A stretch of DNA of 59,373 nt from a virus. Its lineage: Duplodnaviria > Caudoviricetes. Below, in pieces: positions 1 through 8,440 of this stretch (position 1 is its first letter; each line of letters begins with the position of its first letter). The stretch lies in the IMG/VR virus record IMGVR_UViG_3300043443_000423, positions 1 through 59,373 of that record; one strand, written 5' to 3'. Below the pieces are notes generated by a model. That model was not told the DNA's origin and made no database searches. It was given only the letters and a program-made list of their open reading frames with translations. The position numbers and the translations under genes were made by a program.

Positions 1-22
1 CCGCTGATGTATTCCTTCATGC

Positions 23-295
23 TCATAGTCCAAATGGGTTGTGAAAGTCGTACTGTCCCGTCTCCTCGGTCTTCGGCTTCACGGCGCTGTAGTGCAGCTT
101 CCATGCGGCTCTCTTGAACCCTGGGCGCTTGATATAGAGCTTCTCAGGGCGAACCAGGTTGGCTTTGGCAAGCCTCCTCATGGACATCCGAATGCCGTCG
201 GTGGACATGTTGAACTTGGCCGCGAGATCGTAGACAGAGACGGGGTTACGACGCTGCTTGAGAAACTGCAGAATCGCTTCTTGCGTTGAATTCAT
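23..295 (-). CDS. Winged-helix DNA-binding protein (90 aa)
   Basis: MNSTQEAILQFLK..VSVYDLAAKFNMSTDGIRMSMRRLAKANLV wHTH pattern; start overlaps upstream stop; duplicated at 58456-58728. Confidence 0.7.
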   Translation of the reverse strand: MNSTQEAILQFLKQRRNPVSVYDLAAKFNMSTDGIRMSMRRLAKANLVRPEKLYIKRPGFKRAAWKLHYSAVKPKTEETGQYDFHNPFGL

Positions 296-618
296 TTCGA
301 TATAGTGTCCTTTGCTTGGTAGTACCATGCCCACGCGCCTCGCTTGCCGTTTGCCCACTTGTAGCGCGACTCTCTTTCGATCAATCCCTTTGACATCAAG
401 ACCTTTAGATGCTTCCTTGCGCCCTCTGTTGTGCAACCAAAGTGCTCTGATAGCTCAATGAGCGAGTAAGGCTGAGTAAGATGGTTGAGATACATCTGCT
501 CGGTTTTTGTCAGCGGTTTGTGTTTACGGAGAATCTGACGGACTAACCACTTGACTTGATCGGTGTGGCGACCAAGGCCGACGTTGTTCGCCATGCGCAG
601 GATCTCAGTGCGAGTCAT
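292..618 (-). CDS. Winged-helix DNA-binding protein, allele A (108 aa)
   Basis: YSLIELSEHFGCTTEGARKHLKVLMSKGLI wHTH pattern; allele B conserves the protein with many synonymous changes. Confidence 0.8.
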   Translation of the reverse strand: MTRTEILRMANNVGLGRHTDQVKWLVRQILRKHKPLTKTEQMYLNHLTQPYSLIELSEHFGCTTEGARKHLKVLMSKGLIERESRYKWANGKRGAWAWYYQAKDTISK

Positions 619-803
619 TGCTCACCCCACACAAGCACGTCCGCCTTTCCGGTAAACACCATCCACGCAGCCGTAACGCGCTTTTTGATGTTGATCCCAG
701 ACCAGCTTTCTGGTCTGGCTGGCGCCCACAAGCCATTTTTCAATTGCTTAGAAACATCCCAACACTTGATGTCCGTCGCTGAATAGACCATGGGTGTCCT
801 CAT
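615..803 (-). CDS. Hypothetical protein (62 aa)
   Basis: ATGA overlaps at both ends; GGGGTGA RBS. Confidence 0.7.
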   Translation of the reverse strand: MRTPMVYSATDIKCWDVSKQLKNGLWAPARPESWSGINIKKRVTAAWMVFTGKADVLVWGEQ

Positions 804-1030
804 CTCTCACCCCTTGCTCTGATGGCGGATGCGATATTGCCGCACCTGAATTTTGCGTGACCGTATGGTTCGTCCTGCGCCTGCTCGTCTGCCACCTTCG
901 CACACGCCTCACGCTCATGTGCTGCAACAAGTGCGGCGAAGCGTTCAAATAATTCGAGGTTTGCGCCCGTGTATGAGACTGGGTTAAAACCAGCCTCTCG
1001 CGCCATCTTGATAATGTCGTCTCGTGTCAT
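800..1030 (-). CDS. Small phage protein, MTRDDIIKMAREAG...AIRARGE type
   Basis: ATGA overlaps at both ends; characteristic N- and C-terminal motifs. Confidence 0.8.
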   Translation of the reverse strand: MTRDDIIKMAREAGFNPVSYTGANLELFERFAALVAAHEREACAKVADEQAQDEPYGHAKFRCGNIASAIRARGER

Positions 1031-1392
1031 TTGATGATCCTCATGAGGCGGTTCAGTACGGCATGTTCTTGAGCAATTACGAGGTCGTGGATAGGGCTTC
1101 CAAGTTTTGCAGTCGTCTCACACCAGTCGGCTAGTAGTAGGTGAAGCACCTCGTGCAAAGCGAGTCTCTCTGGGTCCCACTCGATGCCGTAATCGCCTTC
1201 CGTGTTGAGGGTCAGCCGTATCGATGCGTTCTTGCCTACAGTGTTGTATTGAGTCTGTGCAGCAATACGTTCACCGATCTGCTCATGCTTGATAGAAAGG
1301 TGCCACTCAGTCAGACCCATCTGCTCAACGAGAGACAGCACCTTAGCTTTGAATACCTCGAAGTCATCCGCTGTAAAGGTATGCGTCTTCAT
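1027..1392 (-). CDS. Putative HEXXH zinc metallopeptidase-like protein
   Basis: ALHEVLHLLL motif with downstream E (AQEHAV). Confidence 0.55.
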   Translation of the reverse strand: MKTHTFTADDFEVFKAKVLSLVEQMGLTEWHLSIKHEQIGERIAAQTQYNTVGKNASIRLTLNTEGDYGIEWDPERLALHEVLHLLLADWCETTAKLGSPIHDLVIAQEHAVLNRLMRIIK

Positions 1393-1616
1393 ACGACGGC
1401 CCTGGAGGTGGTGTTACTCGTCCAATACCTGGGCCACAACATCGTGTACTCAATCTGTCCACCGAGTGTGAGGAGTTCGTTGGTGGTTCTGGTCTCTCCA
1501 CCGGGTGCAACCCAGTGTTCCTTCTTGTTGTAATGGGGGAGCCACATCAAACCGCGGTAACGTATGAACGGTTGTTGATCTCTTTCTGCGGGTACATCTT
1601 GAACTCTGCTTACCAT
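1389..1616 (-). CDS. Hypothetical protein (75 aa)
   Basis: AGGAG RBS; coupled to neighbours. Confidence 0.65.
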   Translation of the reverse strand: MVSRVQDVPAERDQQPFIRYRGLMWLPHYNKKEHWVAPGGETRTTNELLTLGGQIEYTMLWPRYWTSNTTSRAVV

Positions 1617-1783
1617 AATGCTTCTCCTAGGTTGTTAAGGTTGTCTTGCTTGGTCTTGCGTTCCTGTTTACGGTTCCATGCCATGACTTTGGCTCGCTCT
1701 GCAGGTGTTTTGAATGGCCAGTTCCAGATGGCCATGGGCAGTCCGCTTGGGTGCTTGTCCTTCAGATCTTTTTCTTGAAGCAC
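1610..1783 (-). CDS. Hypothetical protein (start uncertain)
   Basis: Fills the gap in the coupled gene chain. Confidence 0.5.
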   Translation of the reverse strand: MLQEKDLKDKHPSGLPMAIWNWPFKTPAERAKVMAWNRKQERKTKQDNLNNLGEALW

Positions 1784-1974
1784 TTCAAGCAGAGCCTGCG
1801 GCCAAGAATGGTTTTCTTCAGTGCGGTGACCTGTCTTGCGCAGTCGGGGCACTTGTACTTCTTGCGATTCGGTGCGGTCCACTGCACAAGCGGCTCCTTC
1901 GGTTTGTCGGCCTTCTTCGGAGCCTCCTCCTTGACCTCGGGTGTGTTTTGCACAAGCCATTCGAACCCCTTCAT
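1762..1974 (-). CDS. Small zinc-finger protein
   Basis: CPDC..CLKC; ATGA overlap with upstream gene. Confidence 0.65.
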   Translation of the reverse strand: MKGFEWLVQNTPEVKEEAPKKADKPKEPLVQWTAPNRKKYKCPDCARQVTALKKTILGRRLCLKCFKKKI

Positions 1975-2486
1975 GACTTATCGCCGAAGATCTTCTTGAG
2001 CTCGTCGTACAACTGACGGGCCTGGCCGACCGGCATCTGATCCACCACCAGACTCATCGATGAGTGCTGAACGGCAGGCAGTGGCGTGACGGGGTGATAC
2101 TTGGACTTGGGCTTGATGAGTCCCGCGGCCTTCTTCTCTGCCAGTCGTTGGCGTGCAGCGGCCAGCGCCTTGTTGTCCGGGTCTGGGTGATACTCCTTGG
2201 TTGAACGGTAGTAGCGCTTGGGCGTACCCTTGGCGCTGACGAAGGCCTTCTTCTCCATCTGAGACATCATCGAGCCCGTGTTGTTGGGCGAGATCCCATA
2301 GCGCTCTTTCATCGCCTCCGACACCTGCGCTCGGGTGGAGCCTGGGTGGTCGCTGATGAACTGCAGGATTTTGCCGGTGTTGGTCACGGTGATGTCTCGC
2401 TCTACGATGACGGCCTTGACTGAGGTGGGTTCGTCATCGAAATGAAGTTGTTGGAGTTTCGCAAGTTCGCTTTTCAGGTCAGGCAT
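1971..2486 (-). CDS. Winged-helix DNA-binding protein (171 aa)
   Basis: ILQFISDHPGSTRAQVSEAM..SMMSQMEKKAFV; AAGGA RBS before MPDLK. Confidence 0.65.
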   Translation of the reverse strand: MPDLKSELAKLQQLHFDDEPTSVKAVIVERDITVTNTGKILQFISDHPGSTRAQVSEAMKERYGISPNNTGSMMSQMEKKAFVSAKGTPKRYYRSTKEYHPDPDNKALAAARQRLAEKKAAGLIKPKSKYHPVTPLPAVQHSSMSLVVDQMPVGQARQLYDELKKIFGDKS

Positions 2487-2661
2487 CGTTAGGTCCTTGG
2501 TGTCGGCGATGTTGTAGTGACTGGTACCCACTCCACTTGGCTTGGTACTCGGGCTGCTCGCTAGGAGGTATATACCCAAAGCGCCGCCATGTGTCCATCA
2601 CGTTTGTACCTTCAGAGCGGATGTAGATGTTCCGGTTTAGACGTTCTGCTTCCTTTTTCAC
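2479..2661 (-). CDS. Hypothetical protein (60 aa)
   Basis: GTGA overlap with upstream stop. Confidence 0.55.
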   Translation of the reverse strand: MKKEAERLNRNIYIRSEGTNVMDTWRRFGYIPPSEQPEYQAKWSGYQSLQHRRHQGPNDA

Positions 2662-3323
2662 GCTTTCACCATACCTGCAAGACGTGCTGCCATGGCAGCA
2701 GCGGTCAACTCCTCGACTGTCTCGGCGGATAGCAAGTCCTTACGCTCTTCCTTCTCACGCACGACCTTGCGATCAACTTCAGCGAGATACTGGGCGGGGA
2801 TGTAGAGTCGAATTGCGGGGAAGAGCTTCAGTGCTTCGTTCAGTGACTTGCACTTATCGAGGAAGGCCAGGACATCCTCTCTTGTCTTCTTCCACCGTGC
2901 CTCGAGGTCACGCTTGCGGGTCTGTTGATCGACGGCCTTGTAGATTTCGTCAATGACGGGGAACTGTTCGCGCAGGTGGTACATGCTATCGAGGTTGATC
3001 TTCGGTGGATCGTAGGAAGTGTAGTTAAGTCCGGGGCGCATCGAGACGTTCAGGTCTCTGAACTCCACGTTGATATGTCGATTGTCGTTGAGGGTGAAGC
3101 GCAGGTAGACCGAACTGGTAGACCGCAGCCAGTCGTTGGGAATCAGGGATTTGAGGTGCAGGTGATCGCCCCAGGTGACGCGGTCGATGAAGTCGTTGTG
3201 GAGTTGGCCGTTGAAGGTAGCGATGATCGGACCGATGTCTTGCTCGCACTCCGCTTGGAGCATGCGGTGGCAGGTGGTAGAGACGTCTTCGATGAGCTTG
3301 CGAGTGATACGAACGAGTGCCAT
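2658..3323 (-). CDS. Nmad5-like (nucleotide-modification-associated domain 5) protein
   Basis: C-terminal FLDKCKSLNEALKLFPAIRLYIP pattern recalled for Nmad5; GGAG RBS. Confidence 0.55.
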   Translation of the reverse strand: MALVRITRKLIEDVSTTCHRMLQAECEQDIGPIIATFNGQLHNDFIDRVTWGDHLHLKSLIPNDWLRSTSSVYLRFTLNDNRHINVEFRDLNVSMRPGLNYTSYDPPKINLDSMYHLREQFPVIDEIYKAVDQQTRKRDLEARWKKTREDVLAFLDKCKSLNEALKLFPAIRLYIPAQYLAEVDRKVVREKEERKDLLSAETVEELTAAAMAARLAGMVKA

Positions 3324-3336
3324 GTTAGTTCTCCAG

Positions 3337-3507
3337 TTAAGCAATGAGTTTGGTTAGGGCTTTGCGCAGTTCATCTCTGTCTTCTTGGTCTGCGTCTTTG
3401 GCCAGCGCTGAGTGACAGCGTTGGAGCAGCTTGCGGTACATCTCAATGAGGGATTCAATTCGGGATTCAACATCGGTGGCGTAAAACTTATCTGCTTTGG
3501 TGGACAT
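3337..3507 (-). CDS. Hypothetical protein (56 aa, MSTKADKFY..., not in ORF track)
   Basis: Open frame with GGAG RBS that fills the gap. Confidence 0.6.
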   Translation of the reverse strand: MSTKADKFYATDVESRIESLIEMYRKLLQRCHSALAKDADQEDRDELRKALTKLIA

Positions 3508-3511
3508 GCTA

Positions 3512-4621
3512 TTACTCCATTTCGAAGTGGATGGTTTCGCCGTAAGGCGCGGTGATGGTGTCGGTGCTGATGCACCAGATCACAGGGTAGGTGGGCTTGC
3601 TACTTGCGCGGAACGTCGTGTGGCCATCGGTCAGACAGACAAAGGCATCGGGCTCGATACCCTCGGCATCCACGAACTTAAAGCCAGCCTCCATGTCGGT
3701 GCCGCCACCCGAGTAGAACTCGAGGCCGAACTCCTCCCCGATCTCAAAGACTTCGTGCTTACGCACACTGGTGTCCGTGTATAAGACGTGTACACGCTCG
3801 GGGTTGCACTGCTCGATGATGCGTTGCAGGTGGCCGTTGTAGTAGTCGAGCTCACGCTTGGTGATGGACCCCGAGACATCGACCTGGATCACGACTTCGC
3901 CCATCTTGGCGACCTTGCCCACCGAAGGCAGGTAGACGTCGCGGAAACGACGGTTAGGCCGAGCCCAGCTGTATTCACCCTTGGTGAAGTTGACCATGTA
4001 ACGCTCGAGGATCTCGTACCACGGCGTGCGCGGCTCGATCAGTTCAGCGATGATCTTCTGCAGGGAGGTGGGCAGCTTGCCTTGCATCTTCGCAGCCTGG
4101 GCTGCTTGGGCGATCTCCACACGCACCTCGGCTTCGATGCGGCTGATGTCGTCTTGCGTGAGTGGTGAGCCACGATCGAGCAGGTCGTCCCCGATACCCC
4201 CAGGTCCGTCGCCATCCTTCATATCAGGCAGGCCGTTGTAGATGGAGTCCACCGTCACGTCCTTGGAGCCAGGCATATCGACACCGCCCTCGATGAACTG
4301 ACCGACACTGGCATCCCTGAGCATGTCGTTGATCCAAGCGTCGCCTGCGATGTTCCACTTCTTGGCGTGTCGAGCGCCGCGGCGTGCCGCGTGCTGACCG
4401 ATGACGTGACCGATCTCGTGGCACATGAGAAAGACGATCTGATCGACCGAGAGGGACTCAACGAAGGTGGGGTTGTAGTAGATCTGCCCACGCTGATCGA
4501 CGCCTGCAGTGGGGATGGTGGTGTCCTCGATGAGCTTGCGCTTCAAGAGGATGGAGGCGAAGAACGGATGCTGCGTGACGATGGCCACCTTGGCCCGATC
4601 GAGCTTACTGACTTGTCTCAT
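3512..4621 (-). CDS. DUF2201-like metallopeptidase plus VWA domain protein
   Basis: HEIGH, WNIAGDAWIN, MIDAS DVSGS, GGGTD, LTDG. Confidence 0.9.
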   Translation of the reverse strand: MRQVSKLDRAKVAIVTQHPFFASILLKRKLIEDTTIPTAGVDQRGQIYYNPTFVESLSVDQIVFLMCHEIGHVIGQHAARRGARHAKKWNIAGDAWINDMLRDASVGQFIEGGVDMPGSKDVTVDSIYNGLPDMKDGDGPGGIGDDLLDRGSPLTQDDISRIEAEVRVEIAQAAQAAKMQGKLPTSLQKIIAELIEPRTPWYEILERYMVNFTKGEYSWARPNRRFRDVYLPSVGKVAKMGEVVIQVDVSGSITKRELDYYNGHLQRIIEQCNPERVHVLYTDTSVRKHEVFEIGEEFGLEFYSGGGTDMEAGFKFVDAEGIEPDAFVCLTDGHTTFRASSKPTYPVIWCISTDTITAPYGETIHFEME

Positions 4622-4823
4622 AAGGTTCCTCATTGAGTATGTTGTTAGCGGCCACCATTAACAGTGCTTGGTTGACGCTGAGGTGATAGTCGGTGTTGAT
4701 GGTCGAACGAGGTGCCCCGTCCACGAAGATGTTGACGATGGCCTTCCCGTTTTTCATGTGCACCACGTTGATCCCGATGGTCTGGCTGCGCCAAGGCGCA
4801 GACGGCATGCGTCGCTTCCACAT
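4605..4823 (-). CDS. Hypothetical protein (72 aa)
   Basis: Fills the gap between cluster genes. Confidence 0.55.
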   Translation of the reverse strand: MWKRRMPSAPWRSQTIGINVVHMKNGKAIVNIFVDGAPRSTINTDYHLSVNQALLMVAANNILNEEPYETSQ

Positions 4824-4824
4824 G

Positions 4825-5703
4825 TCAGAAGAATGCAGCCATCTTGTCAGCCGCCTCGGCCAACCGACGGCGTGCCTCATCACGGGCAAGCGGGGATGCT
4901 TTGATGATCTCGACGTGATCGAGGTACCCCTTGGCCATGGTCTCCAGTGCAGTGATCTCGTGCGCCAGGCCGTCGTTCATGTTCAGTGCGAGCTTGCGTG
5001 CCATCGAGCAACCCTCCAAGACGTTCTCAATGACAGCGTTGTGGAAGCGTTCGCCTTTCTCGCCTTGGTACTCCTTGAGGCGTTCAACCAGGGCACCCAG
5101 GGGTTTGAGCATGCGGTTGACCGTGTCGGCGTTGGCCTGTGCGACAGCCTCCTCCTCGGCCCGTGCGACGGCTTGCAGGTCATCATCGTTGAGGTCAAAC
5201 AGGAAGTGCCTCGAGTCCGGCATGGGTTGGAACCTGAAGTCCATCGAGATCGAGGATCGGAACTTGTCCGCAGTGGGGTACTCGCTTGCGTCCGCCCGTC
5301 CAACGGCCTTGCCGAAGTTGCGATAGGCGATGTCCTCGGCCACCAGTTGATCGTAGACCGGCATGTAGTTATCGAGCAGGGCCTCCACCACGGCGATGCG
5401 TTGCTTCACCTCCTGCGTGTACTCGAAGTACAGGGTGTTGGGCAGGATGCGAGGACCCGAGTCGATGTAGGGCAGGGTGTTGGTCTTGTGGTATGCGTAG
5501 ACGCCGTTGACCTGGGACATGATCTTGTGGATCGGTCCGGTCTTATCCTTGAACAGTTTGGTGAGCACGGTGATCGAGGCGTCGTTCTCCTGCGACTGCA
5601 GCTGCGCAGTCAGGTGTTGGTCTTTCTTGGTCAGGCCCACACGTCGTGTGGTGAGCTTAACCAGCATGGCTTTGTCACTGAGCTTGCTAACACGATCCAT
5701 CAT
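4825..5703 (-). CDS. Helical protein of AAA/VWA cluster (DUF3150-like)
   Basis: AGGAG RBS; helical; position between AAA and VWA genes. Confidence 0.65.
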   Translation of the reverse strand: MMDRVSKLSDKAMLVKLTTRRVGLTKKDQHLTAQLQSQENDASITVLTKLFKDKTGPIHKIMSQVNGVYAYHKTNTLPYIDSGPRILPNTLYFEYTQEVKQRIAVVEALLDNYMPVYDQLVAEDIAYRNFGKAVGRADASEYPTADKFRSSISMDFRFQPMPDSRHFLFDLNDDDLQAVARAEEEAVAQANADTVNRMLKPLGALVERLKEYQGEKGERFHNAVIENVLEGCSMARKLALNMNDGLAHEITALETMAKGYLDHVEIIKASPLARDEARRRLAEAADKMAAFF

Positions 5704-5722
5704 GATGTTCTCCTTGCGTTGT

Positions 5723-6727
5723 TTACATAAGCACTTCTGCGTTGGTCGATGCCCACTCCACGAAAGCCCGTGAGGACTTGATGGCAGGCGTGTACTTGAT
5801 GGAGTCCTTGACGCACATGACACCGAACTCAGGGGTGAGTCGGTTGGTGAAGGCCGTGATGCGGTCGAAGTTGTCCTTGGTCGCTTTGCGAGCGAGTGCG
5901 CCCGTCAGGGCATAGAGCACCGCGGGGTCGGTGGGGACGTCGGCTCCCTTGGGATCGAGCAGCAGCGCGTCGATGTTGGGCAGGCCCTCGAAGATACGTT
6001 TGAAGCCGGTGTACTCTGCAGCTGCGCCTTCGCCCACCTCGCCTGCGCAGTTATCGAAGTAGAGATCGGCGGGCAGTGCCTCGGGGATCAGGTTGACACG
6101 CTCCCAGGTGCGGGGCGTGGGGTTGGCGAAGCGGTTGGGGTCGAACTCAGAGAGCAGGTTGGGACGGAAGCGAATGAACTGGATCAGGTCCGTGCGGATG
6201 TCGTTGTCGAGTGCCCACTCGGTCCAGTCGTCTACGTTCTCGGTGAAGTCGAAGCGGCGCGTACGGCCTGCGAGCTTGGATGTGATGCGGTTGGCACCGG
6301 ATTTGTCTTCGGTACGGTTACCCGTTGCAACGATGTACAGCTGCTCGGACAGCTGCAGCGCACCTGCCCTACGGTCGTAGATCACGCCACACAACGCGTT
6401 CTGCATGGGGATCGGCGCGTCGCTCAACTCCTCAAGAATGAGTGCTGCAGGCCCTTGGCCGGCACGGATGCGATAGAACTCCTCGGGTGGGGTCCAACGG
6501 GTGTACTCGCCCTTGTTGTCCGGGGTGCCCAGCACATCGACGGGGTCACGCAGTGACGCGGTGAACTCCACGACACGTTCGTCGGGGATACCCAGGGCTC
6601 GGACGGCTTCTCGAGCGCAAGCGGACTTGCCACCGCCAGGTGCACCGAGGATGAAGGGGACGACCTTGTGGCCGTTAGCAGCTTGGAACTGAGACGTGAT
6701 GGATGTAAGGATATGCGAGTAGCGCAT
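5723..6727 (-). CDS. MoxR-like AAA+ ATPase
   Basis: Walker A GAPGGGKS, Walker B LILEEL, IVATGNR, PTPRTWE. Confidence 0.9.
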   Translation of the reverse strand: MRYSHILTSITSQFQAANGHKVVPFILGAPGGGKSACAREAVRALGIPDERVVEFTASLRDPVDVLGTPDNKGEYTRWTPPEEFYRIRAGQGPAALILEELSDAPIPMQNALCGVIYDRRAGALQLSEQLYIVATGNRTEDKSGANRITSKLAGRTRRFDFTENVDDWTEWALDNDIRTDLIQFIRFRPNLLSEFDPNRFANPTPRTWERVNLIPEALPADLYFDNCAGEVGEGAAAEYTGFKRIFEGLPNIDALLLDPKGADVPTDPAVLYALTGALARKATKDNFDRITAFTNRLTPEFGVMCVKDSIKYTPAIKSSRAFVEWASTNAEVLM

Positions 6728-6764
6728 GGGAACTCCTAGTTAGTAAGTGACGGGGGAATGTACT

Positions 6765-6977
6765 TCAAATGCACGGTGGGATGAAGCGTTCGTAAGGATT
6801 ACTTACAAGTTGTGCAACAGGCAGGAAGTCATAGGTGTTCGCATCGTGGTTTACAAGACACAACACGGCTACGGGTTCGTTGGTCTCGACGTCGATGCAC
6901 TCCACCAGGGCCAGGTCGTCGTTCTTGGCGGCTCGTATGAGCTCGTTGTACACGTGGCGTTCGTCGTCCTTAAGCAT
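6765..6977 (-). CDS. Hypothetical protein (70 aa)
   Basis: GGAG RBS; coupled. Confidence 0.65.
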   Translation of the reverse strand: MLKDDERHVYNELIRAAKNDDLALVECIDVETNEPVAVLCLVNHDANTYDFLPVAQLVSNPYERFIPPCI

Positions 6978-7308
6978 GGGCTGGCTCCAGTTTGGTGGCG
7001 ATGTACTCGGCGAAGCGTCCCGCGCTGATCAGGTCTTGCATGCCGTTCCTGTCCAACCAGAATGAGACGTCGCCAGGGTGGGTTGCTGTTTGATGGTTCG
7101 ATGTGGTGCGGGAGTAGCGGTCCTTGTTGCCCACCCACTGGTTGACCTCGGTGTCGTAGATGTACATGGGGAAGTGCGGGCCGTAGCTGTACACGACGTA
7201 GAGGTTCTTGTTACGCCAACATGCTTGGATGGTTTGGGTGTTGGTCTCGAACTCTTGTCTGGCCTGTACCAGTGCACGCGCTTCGCGGTTGCTAACGTTC
7301 CTCAGCAT
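6970..7308 (-). CDS. Hypothetical phage protein (112 aa)
   Basis: GAGGAG RBS; YVVYSYGPHFPMY..YSRTTSNHQ. Confidence 0.75.
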   Translation of the reverse strand: MLRNVSNREARALVQARQEFETNTQTIQACWRNKNLYVVYSYGPHFPMYIYDTEVNQWVGNKDRYSRTTSNHQTATHPGDVSFWLDRNGMQDLISAGRFAEYIATKLEPAHA

Positions 7309-7711
7309 CTATGAGCTCCTCTGGTATGTCGATGTTGTCTCCAAGTTTCGATGCTACGTAGCAGCGCATAGCGGCGATTAGTGGGGTTGGGCCACGACCG
7401 GTTACATCATCTTTACTAGCCCACCATGCCGGCTTGTCCAACTGCACACACTCGCCTGTCTCATGGTCAAACAGCACGTCGGTTAGATCGAGCGTCAACT
7501 TCTCCCGCTCAATGATCGGCCCACCTTGCGCCCAGTCGGTTGAGTAACTTAGTTCCCACAAATCCATCACCCCGTACTCTTTTCTAGGGGGATAGATACC
7601 AAGTTGCGGCTCGTGTGGCCTACGTCCTGCAATTTTGTGCAAGCCTGTGTATCCCTCGCACTTTGCCACCGCCCAATCAAGGGCGGGTCCGGTTAGTTCT
7701 GCGGTGTTCAT
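7292..7711 (-). CDS. DUF2591/NinX-like phage protein
   Basis: ALDWAVAKCEG, YSTDWAQGGPIIERE, GPTPLIAAMRCYVASKLG. Confidence 0.8.
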   Translation of the reverse strand: MNTAELTGPALDWAVAKCEGYTGLHKIAGRRPHEPQLGIYPPRKEYGVMDLWELSYSTDWAQGGPIIEREKLTLDLTDVLFDHETGECVQLDKPAWWASKDDVTGRGPTPLIAAMRCYVASKLGDNIDIPEELIDAEER

Positions 7712-7932
7712 GCTTGTTCCTCCTCGATGTTGGCTGCTTGGATGATTTTCCACATGGCTACGATCTCGCGTGACGGGATGTCGTGTTTAGTGCGCAGATC
7801 GCCCACGACGTTCAGGATGTCTACGATGTCTCGGGCGTGGGCTTCTAGCATCCCGGTTGCGATGTTGCGTACAAACGTTGTGCTGTATATGGCGAAGGTG
7901 TTGCCGTCTGGCTCGACTCTGAACTTGTTCAT
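7708..7932 (-). CDS. Hypothetical protein (74 aa)
   Basis: ATGA overlaps at both ends. Confidence 0.65.
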   Translation of the reverse strand: MNKFRVEPDGNTFAIYSTTFVRNIATGMLEAHARDIVDILNVVGDLRTKHDIPSREIVAMWKIIQAANIEEEQA

Positions 7933-8123
7933 TGCCCATCCCTTAGTGCGACGACGCGGCCGCGGCGCGTTATGAGTGCTGACCCCCACGATGTGGGGTA
8001 GGCTGATGCCCATGCGAGGGACTCCGACCATGACCAGGCTTTGTGTTCGAAGATGTCCATCCCATCGGAGATGGAGATGCGGTAGGGCTTGAGGTGGTGG
8101 ATGAGTTTGCGTAATCGCTTCAT
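7929..8123 (-). CDS. Hypothetical protein (64 aa)
   Basis: ATGA overlaps at both ends. Confidence 0.65.
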   Translation of the reverse strand: MKRLRKLIHHLKPYRISISDGMDIFEHKAWSWSESLAWASAYPTSWGSALITRRGRVVALRDGQ

Positions 8124-8230
8124 AGGACCAGGACTCCCACGGTGAACATGATGACCAGGGAGATGGCGATCAACGCCATGCCGATACCGACCATGGTGTC
8201 GTAGGGAAAACTTTCGGGGTTGCGCTTCAT
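8120..8230 (-). CDS. Small single-pass membrane protein (36 aa, not in ORF track)
   Basis: MKRNPESFPYDTMVGIGMALIAISLVIMFTVGVLVL; GAGGA RBS; ATGA overlap. Confidence 0.6.
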   Translation of the reverse strand: MKRNPESFPYDTMVGIGMALIAISLVIMFTVGVLVL

Positions 8231-8233
8231 GGG

Positions 8234-8440
8234 TTAGGTCCTCTTAGGGTTTAGTTGATGCAGTAGCATCGGGTCAGAGATGTAGGTGGGTGTGGACTTG
8301 TTGATGGGCAGGCACATCGACGCCTTGCGTCTTAATTCCATCCTTGCGCTGGCCTCACCGCATGCGAGGCAGAGCTTGTACCCAAGGCGTTGGCGGGGTT
8401 GGGGGACGTCGTCCCCGCATCGGGGGCAGGGGTTATTCAT
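8234..8440 (-). CDS. DksA/TraR-like C4 zinc-finger protein
   Basis: CPRCGDDVPQPRQRLGYKLCLAC. Confidence 0.65.
   Translation of the reverse strand: MNNPCPRCGDDVPQPRQRLGYKLCLACGEASARMELRRKASMCLPINKSTPTYISDPMLLHQLNPKRT

Larger units (their letters stand above)
1..740. repeat. Left copy of terminally duplicated locus (allele A)
   Basis: Near-identical to 58434-58810, diverged over about 380-614, identical again over 615-740 to the contig end. Confidence 0.95.
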
